Assembly: GCA_048938105.1 (NCBI GenBank) | Contig: JBHLMN010000018.1 | Location: forward strand, 32,001-96,000 | From: Promethearchaeota archaeon | Lineage (GTDB): Archaea > Asgardarchaeota > Heimdallarchaeia > Hodarchaeales > Hodarchaeaceae | Direction: 5' to 3' | Length of the DNA stretch: 64,000 nt | Shown: positions 58,335-64,000 of the stretch, piece after piece | Numbering within the stretch: position 1 is the stretch's first letter | Layout of the letters: each line of letters starts with the position of its first letter | Made by a program: the position numbers and the translations under genes | The notes under the pieces: model-generated | What the model was told of the DNA's origin: nothing | The model's database searches: none | The model's input: the letters and a program-made list of their open reading frames with translations, nothing else

Positions 58335-60926
58335 CTGAAAGATAAAATAAAATGGTTATGTCTGGCAATATTGGTCACATTTAGTTTATTAATCTTTGAC
58401 AATACGCCGATCCCTGATCCAACTATGGCCGCTTTAGGTGACGATTTCTTTGAAGACTTTGAAGGATCAGACTTTTCAGCCTGGACAGCAACTGGGCTTT
58501 GGCATATCGAGAATAATGACACTTCATTGTGGCCGATAGATGGTATTCCAAGCAAGTCTCAGTACGCTTGGTATGGTAATAGTACTTCAGGTAATTACGA
58601 TACTGGTGAATCAAATTTTGGAAATTTCACCTCAGATAGCATTGATCTCACTGGATTATCAGAACCTATTGAACTAGGGTTTTGGAGCTGGGCCCAAACA
58701 GAAAGTTCTGAAGAATACGATAAAAAGATGATCTTTATCTCCCCAGATGGAGGTAATTCATGGAAAAAATTAGGTATGATCCCAAATGAAGAAGGATGGC
58801 AATATTGGACGTATGATATTACCGATTTCAAGGATAACAACGAATTTCGGATAAGTTTCTCTTTCGACACAATTGATTCCATAGATAATCTTCATCGTGG
58901 TTGGTTGATTGATGATATCAGTATAGGTAAGCCATTAGAACGCTTTGAGCTCTGGATTGAGCAAGAAACTCATGCATTTATTTTCGATTCGGGTATTATG
59001 AAATTCAACGCAAAATCCTACTTTGATTACTCAATAAAAACCAATATCACAATAACCATCGAGACACCAAGTAATATAATAGAAATACTATATGTCAATG
59101 ATGGGGTAGAGTTTAGTGCCTATGAGTTGTGGAGTATTCCTATTGAGTACACTTTCGAAGAAGCAGGTGATTATCACGTCAATTTCATTTTAGACGATGC
59201 TACTGGGAAGAGTTGGATTGCCGATTGCTGGTGGGACATTGATGAGGATGTTTTTAACCTTTGGATCGGACAAGATAAGCAAGCATTTCTCTATGAAGAA
59301 AGAATGATGGAATTTTCCGCAACATCTTATTTTAATGACTCAAAGATTGTCGATGTCAGCATCAATATTGAAAGACCTAATAGTGGATATGAAAACCTGT
59401 ATTATAAAGAAGACATTTGGATATCAGCTTTTGGGACATGGAATCACACGCTTAGCTATAAGTTTACACAGATCGGTTACTATTATGTTGATTTCATCGT
59501 AATTGATGAAGATGGTGTTGAATGGGGTATTAGCTGTGAATGGGAAATTCAAGGAGAGAAAAACAATACTTTCATCCTCTGGATCGAACAGGACTACTAT
59601 GCTCCGATAACTGAGGCTCGGAAGATGGGATTCTTTGTTGAATCCTATTTTGAGAATCCGATGTATATTAACATCAAAATAGAAATCAAATTACCTAACG
59701 GTACAGTTGAAACACTGTATGAGAAAGATAATATTCTGATCGAGGCATCGTGGGAAGAATGGCTTGATTACAAATTCACACAAGTAGGTGACTATGTTGT
59801 CATTTTTACTTTGATTGATGATACAGGGAAAGACTGGGTTGTTGATTGTTGGTGGAAAGTGGAAGCAGATTATTATGAGCTCAGGATATATCAAGAAAAC
59901 GAAGCTGGTGTTACTGATATTCGGAAGATAGAGTTTGAAGCGAAATCCTATTTCAATTACCAGATGGAGACTAATATTAGCATACATATTATGACTCCAA
60001 ATGGATCGATTGAAGTATTATATTATGAAGAAAGTGCTACAATAAAGGATTATGGATATTGGAACTACGCCCTTGAATATGAATTCACTGAAGCAGGCGG
60101 ATACCTCGTCATATTTATCGTAGAGGATGATACAGGAACAGAATGGGTCGAAAATTGTTGGTGGTGGGTTAAAGAAGATTTCTTCGGCGTTTGGATCGAT
60201 CAGGAGAATTACGCTCAAGTCAACGATATACGAAAGATGAATTTCCATACTAAATCCTATTACAATAGCTCTATGTACGTGGACGTCATCATAGAAATTG
60301 AAACACCCTATAGTAATGAAACACTCTATAAAAATTCTGTGGAGATAGACGCATACGAATCATGGAATATTTCACTTGAATATGAATTCACACAAGAAGG
60401 AGCATACATAGTCTACTTCACTGTAATCGATAAATTTGAGAGAAATTGGTCTACAGATTGCTGGTGGAAAGTCGAAGCCAAAGAAAAAGAGTATTTTTAC
60501 TTGGATATCGATCAATACTATCGTGCTGAAATAGGGGACGAAGAGAAAATAGAATTCTATGCTAAATCCTATTTCACCCACGATATGGCTGTTAATATTA
60601 GTATAACAATCGAAACACCCGACGGCACAATCGAAACATTATACGAAAAGAATTCAGTTGGGATAGAAGCAGGTGGATCATGGTCGCACTCCCTTGAATA
60701 CAAGTTCACTGAAGAAGGTGAATATAAAGTTCTCTTTACCTTAATCGATGATATTGGAGCTAAATGGTTTGAAGATTGTAATTGGAAAATCACAGAACCT
60801 AACACTGAAACAGAAGACACAAAAGATACCGAACCATCAATAGGTGTGACGTCAGGATTTGAAAGTCTTTTTATCATTGTAGCTGTAGCAGCAATGGCGA
60901 TCTTCTATAAAAAACGTTACGTCTGA
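58335..60926 (+). CDS. Surface protein: MAM/immune-inhibitor-like jelly roll + six ~103-aa Ig-like repeats + PGF-CTERM-like anchor; probable CTG start
   Basis: FFEDFEG..W..TGLWH...GWLIDDI domain; six repeats (W.Q..A...F.A.SYF...ETP...Y.FT..G.Y.V.F..DD.G..W..C.W); TSGFE + TM + KKR; AGGTGA 6 nt before in-frame CTG at 58335 (the track uses TTG at 58371). Confidence 0.85.
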   Translation: MKDKIKWLCLAILVTFSLLIFDNTPIPDPTMAALGDDFFEDFEGSDFSAWTATGLWHIENNDTSLWPIDGIPSKSQYAWYGNSTSGNYDTGESNFGNFTSDSIDLTGLSEPIELGFWSWAQTESSEEYDKKMIFISPDGGNSWKKLGMIPNEEGWQYWTYDITDFKDNNEFRISFSFDTIDSIDNLHRGWLIDDISIGKPLERFELWIEQETHAFIFDSGIMKFNAKSYFDYSIKTNITITIETPSNIIEILYVNDGVEFSAYELWSIPIEYTFEEAGDYHVNFILDDATGKSWIADCWWDIDEDVFNLWIGQDKQAFLYEERMMEFSATSYFNDSKIVDVSINIERPNSGYENLYYKEDIWISAFGTWNHTLSYKFTQIGYYYVDFIVIDEDGVEWGISCEWEIQGEKNNTFILWIEQDYYAPITEARKMGFFVESYFENPMYINIKIEIKLPNGTVETLYEKDNILIEASWEEWLDYKFTQVGDYVVIFTLIDDTGKDWVVDCWWKVEADYYELRIYQENEAGVTDIRKIEFEAKSYFNYQMETNISIHIMTPNGSIEVLYYEESATIKDYGYWNYALEYEFTEAGGYLVIFIVEDDTGTEWVENCWWWVKEDFFGVWIDQENYAQVNDIRKMNFHTKSYYNSSMYVDVIIEIETPYSNETLYKNSVEIDAYESWNISLEYEFTQEGAYIVYFTVIDKFERNWSTDCWWKVEAKEKEYFYLDIDQYYRAEIGDEEKIEFYAKSYFTHDMAVNISITIETPDGTIETLYEKNSVGIEAGGSWSHSLEYKFTEEGEYKVLFTLIDDIGAKWFEDCNWKITEPNTETEDTKDTEPSIGVTSGFESLFIIVAVAAMAIFYKKRYV

Positions 60927-61236
60927 TCTGATAAAATGGTTGGATTATCTCCAGCCTTTCTTCTTTTATTTTTAATTGGGGAATCTAAAATTTTTATTAA
61001 AGTCCTCTCGAATTGTGTATCAACAATTAAACATGAAAATATTGAATTTAATGCTAAAATTTTTAAAATGAAACTTTAAAAGGGCATTACGCGACAAATA
61101 GAGGGAAAATTCAAAAATAAATTAAAAGCTCAGCGATTTACAAAATTTAAGGGAAGGAAGAAAGCCTTGTTTCGGTAAAAAAGAGAAAATGTGAGGAACC
61201 AAAGAAATATCTGGTTTATAGTAAAGCTTGATACGC

Positions 61237-61386
61237 TTAGAATGCAGAAGATGCGATTTCTTTTGCTAGTCCATGCTTCGTTTCTGTTTCAGAATCTGGA
61301 GGTGTCACTGCATTGAGGGGACCGTTATAGTTTAAATAATCGATAGTAATCTGAAGCTCTTCTTGTGTAATAAGTTGATGAGACAC
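61237..61386 (-). CDS. 49-aa small protein, paralog 2 (MSHQLITQEELQITIDYLNYNGPLNAVTPPDSETETKHGLAKEIASSAF)
   Basis: GTG start with GAGGA 5 nt upstream; gapless similarity to 61520..61669. Confidence 0.7.
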   Translation of the reverse strand: MSHQLITQEELQITIDYLNYNGPLNAVTPPDSETETKHGLAKEIASSAF

Positions 61387-61519
61387 CGAGATCCTCACGG
61401 ATAGTAATTACCAAAATTAAATGTTAAATAGATGAGTGACACGCTTGTAATACACATCCTCGGGGAAGTAATTCCTTTTTGGAATCCATACATAACAAGA
61501 GGAAAACTGAAAAGAGATT

Positions 61520-61669
61520 CTAGAGAGATTCGGTTTCAGAAGAAAAAGTAACCCTTTGTTTATCAGCTGATTCGAGATTAGATGGGATATTAACAAACAA
61601 TGGACCGTTGAAATTAAGATATTCAATGATTGCATTAAGCTGGTGATAAAGAGAAGGTTCATGAGTCAT
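61520..61669 (-). CDS. 49-aa small protein, paralog 1 (MTHEPSLYHQLNAIIEYLNFNGPLFVNIPSNLESADKQRVTFSSETESL)
   Basis: Same length as its neighbour and shares L...I[ED]YLN[FY]NGPL with synonymous codon changes. Confidence 0.7.
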   Translation of the reverse strand: MTHEPSLYHQLNAIIEYLNFNGPLFVNIPSNLESADKQRVTFSSETESL

Positions 61670-61750
61670 TATACATCATCAATAGATAGACTTCACAGGT
61701 CTTTATAGACTCATAAGGTTTGATCTACTCCTCAAATGGTAAGAAATTAT

Positions 61751-61781
61751 TTTATATCTACCCGATAGTTTATATCTACCC
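61751..61781. promoter_or_regulatory. 13-bp direct repeat TTTATATCTACCC in the divergent tmk / small-ORF promoter
   Basis: Exact copies at 61751-61763 and 61769-61781, each with TATA-like TTTATA. Confidence 0.5.
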
Positions 61782-61786
61782 ATTGT

Positions 61787-62434
61787 TTGAGACGAATTCC
61801 CGTGAAAGAACTATCTCGCGGTGTCTTAATTGTTTTCGAGGGCATCGATGGATCTGGGAAGACCACACAAATCGAGAAAATAGCTCACCGGTTACGAAAA
61901 CACACATATCCAGTCACAATAACTCACGAACCCAATCATAATTCCAAATGGGGACAATTAATTCAAAAAAAGGTGAAAAAGCATCGGGAGGAAGTGACTC
62001 CTGAAAAAGAGCTCGACTGGTATTTGAAAGACCGGGAATGGGATCTTCACCAAAATATCCTTCCAGCATTAGATAAAAAACACATTGTTTTAGTTGATCG
62101 TTATTATTTGTCAAATGCAGCATACCAAGGGGCTCTCAACATCTTTAGTCCTGAGTATGTCCTCCAAAAGAATTCTTTTGCACGGAAACCAGATTTGTGG
62201 ATCCTTTTAGACGTAGCAGTTGAGATTGGCCAATCCCGAATCCGACAACGTGATAAACAAAATGAAGATCAGCTAGAGCAAGCTGATTACCAAGAAAAAG
62301 TAAGACAGAATTACAGACAATTGGCAACTATGAATATTGGGGGAAAAATTGAGTGGGTAGATGCCAGTGGTGAGGAAGATGAACTAACTCAAATCCTTGA
62401 AAAGATAATTCTGGATTTCTTGAAAGATATTTAA
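61787..62434 (+). CDS. tmk: Thymidylate kinase
   Basis: FEGIDGSGKTT, T.EP, DR, VLVDRY..S..AYQG, PDL. Confidence 0.95.
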   Translation: MRRIPVKELSRGVLIVFEGIDGSGKTTQIEKIAHRLRKHTYPVTITHEPNHNSKWGQLIQKKVKKHREEVTPEKELDWYLKDREWDLHQNILPALDKKHIVLVDRYYLSNAAYQGALNIFSPEYVLQKNSFARKPDLWILLDVAVEIGQSRIRQRDKQNEDQLEQADYQEKVRQNYRQLATMNIGGKIEWVDASGEEDELTQILEKIILDFLKDI

Positions 62435-62437
62435 AAT

Positions 62438-62905
62438 CTACTTCCGAACAAGTTCTTTAGAAGCGTTTAAATAATGCTGTAAGTGAGTAATAGTGGTTTG
62501 GCGGAAAGCTTCAATTCTCTCCTTTCCTTCTGCGGTATCATACATGGCACTCGCTTGTTGTTGGATTTTAATGTCACGGATAAGTGAATTAAGGTCATTA
62601 AGTAATTTTTCATCCTTATCAAAAGCCATGTTTCTGATACGTACCAAAAGAGACAGTGCATCTGTGAATCGAAGGTCATAGACCAATATAAGAGCTCGTA
62701 TGAATAGACTCTGGGTTATTACTGTATTAGCGTTTGGGCCACTGTGCTCGATTCTCTTTAGAAACTGCATGGCGGTGTGAACCTGTCCTTCCTCGAGATA
62801 AGACTTAGCTAACATGAAATTTCTGAAATCGGATAACTCCATGACATTCTGTAAAGCATTTTCTATTCGCTGAAGGGTAAGTCGAATTTCGGAATCAAGT
62901 ACCAT
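62438..62905 (-). CDS. Helical TPR-like hypothetical protein
   Basis: LAKSYLEEGQVHTAMQFL / RALILVYDLRFTDAL helix pairs. Confidence 0.55.
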   Translation of the reverse strand: MVLDSEIRLTLQRIENALQNVMELSDFRNFMLAKSYLEEGQVHTAMQFLKRIEHSGPNANTVITQSLFIRALILVYDLRFTDALSLLVRIRNMAFDKDEKLLNDLNSLIRDIKIQQQASAMYDTAEGKERIEAFRQTTITHLQHYLNASKELVRK

Positions 62906-63130
62906 AGCTTGTCACTTTTCGTCATTTACCTCATATTTTACCTTGAATAAAAAGATTTGTATCAAAAAAAAGGACATTATCTATCATTTTAAGGATTTTT
63001 TCCCATTATTCATTATCATAAGAACTCTGAACTTATTTCTAGAGACTTATTAGATTGAGAGGAGATATAATATGGATCTAGTAGGGTAGAACTTGAAATA
63101 ACCCATCAAAATTTGATCTTGGTGATTCAA

Positions 63131-63164
63131 CTCTCACATGAGAATTAAAAATCTCTCATATGAG
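63131..63164. promoter_or_regulatory. Tandem palindromic site CTCA(C/T)ATGAG x2
   Basis: CTCTCACATGAG (63131-63142) and CTCTCATATGAG (63153-63164), 22-bp period. Confidence 0.45.
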
Positions 63165-63176
63165 TCAATAATCTTT

Positions 63177-63455
63177 CTATCTGACCCGTTTAATAATATG
63201 ATATCCAAATTTCGTTTTTACTGGGATTTGTGTTATTTGGTTTTTCTGTAATGCAAAGGCTGCCTTCTCAAATTCCCTTACCATCGCCCCACGGCCAAAT
63301 TCACCTAAATTACCTCCTTTTTTTCTGCTAGGACAAGTGGAATATTCCTTGGCAAGGTCTTCAAATCGTTTTCCAGCATTAATCTGTTCAATTAGATCCT
63401 CCGCGAGTACTTTCTTATCTACTAAGATATGTTTAGCAGTAATCTTGTTTGGCAT
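63177..63455 (-). CDS. ppiC: Parvulin-type peptidyl-prolyl isomerase
   Basis: A.HILV, FEDLAKEYSTCPS..KGGNLGEF..G.MV.EFE.AAF, VKTKFGYHII. Confidence 0.95.
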   Translation of the reverse strand: MPNKITAKHILVDKKVLAEDLIEQINAGKRFEDLAKEYSTCPSRKKGGNLGEFGRGAMVREFEKAAFALQKNQITQIPVKTKFGYHIIKRVR

Positions 63456-63594
63456 ATTTTTTCACCGTATAGTGGACAAATAAATTCATGATTTTCAAGA
63501 TTTCGGAGAAGAAAAGGTAGTTATTATTTAGTGACTATCTAGAAACGATTCAAAGGTTTGTAGGATAAAATGAAATCATATTATAGTTCTATAA

Positions 63595-63999
63595 TCACCC
63601 GTATAATTTGGTCCAATCATAAGTTTGATTCGTAATCCAAGTGCGGTTCACAAAGAGATGCATTGTATACCAACTGGTCAAACCCACTACATCGTCGACA
63701 CAAACCAAATGTTCATTAGTGGTGAACCATTTATATGCTTCTGGATAGGCAATAGCATACGGTGGAACATCATGATGTTCAGAGTTATTGATAATCACCC
63801 AAAACCTAATATTTTTATGCTGCTGATAATATAATTCCATTTGAAGCGAAGAATTATGGGAAAATGGGATATTGTAATAACGATTATTAGAATTACTATC
63901 TTCAATTTCGTATCCCAAGTAATATCGCATGGCGAATTGCGATCCAGCATCAGGAATAACCCATGTACTATAGTTATAATCACCTCCATGATTTTTAAT
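63595..63999 (-). CDS. C-terminal part of a gene starting beyond the window edge (possibly the extracellular tail of a membrane protein)
   Basis: Frame of the 111-aa ORF stays open to the window end (IKNHGGDYNYSTWVIPDAGSQFAMRYYLG...). Confidence 0.6.
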   Translation of the reverse strand: MKNHGGDYNYSTWVIPDAGSQFAMRYYLGYEIEDSNSNNRYYNIPFSHNSSLQMELYYQQHKNIRFWVIINNSEHHDVPPYAIAYPEAYKWFTTNEHLVCVDDVVGLTSWYTMHLFVNRTWITNQTYDWTKLYG

Positions 64000-64000
64000 A

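Noticed and set aside
2160-63989. Many 60-107-aa ORFs antisense to or nested in long genes (e.g. 12739-13002, 47801-48124, 60569-60877, 61417-61662, 61720-61941)
   Set aside because: Shadow ORFs overlapping well-supported genes; 61417-61662 overlaps the better-supported 49-aa paralog in another frame
1-64000. tRNA, rRNA or CRISPR arrays
   Set aside because: No cloverleaf-like GC-rich segments, rRNA signatures or regularly spaced repeats seen by eye; tRNAscan-SE/Infernal would be needed to exclude them formally

Overview
AT-rich archaeal chromosomal window, very probably from an Asgard archaeon (Heimdallarchaeia/Hodarchaeales-like). This is inferred from the archaeal geranylgeranyl reductase and PGI/PMI together with roadblock, longin/uDENN and Rag-like GTPase genes. 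1-17.8 kb holds housekeeping and eukaryotic-signature genes, plus a non-autonomous IS607-like tnpB element (about 13097-15633). Its ends and omega-RNA can be read from the sequence, and it carries a PIN-like gene where the transposase would be. 18-32.4 kb is the most striking locus. A 2580-aa single-pass surface protein (LamG plus Ig-like repeats) ends in a cytoplasmic folliculin/SMCR8-like longin (uDENN) domain that keeps the 'ARG' arginine-finger motif. It sits beside two divergent Rag/Gtr-like GTPases, a second longin-wHTH protein and htpG, forming a candidate receptor-GAP/Rag signalling module. 32.7-56.3 kb is a surface-glycan synthesis and sulfation island (GT2, GT4, two giant GT-C-like proteins, flippase, deacetylase, acyltransferase, PAPS sulfotransferase, two arylsulfotransferases, one fused to SCP2, and an ASST pseudogene). 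56-64 kb has repeat-rich CTERM-anchored surface proteins, two paralogous 49-aa ORFs missed by the ORF track, tmk and parvulin. No rRNA, tRNA or CRISPR array was recognised. All family assignments come from motif recognition by eye, not from database searches.
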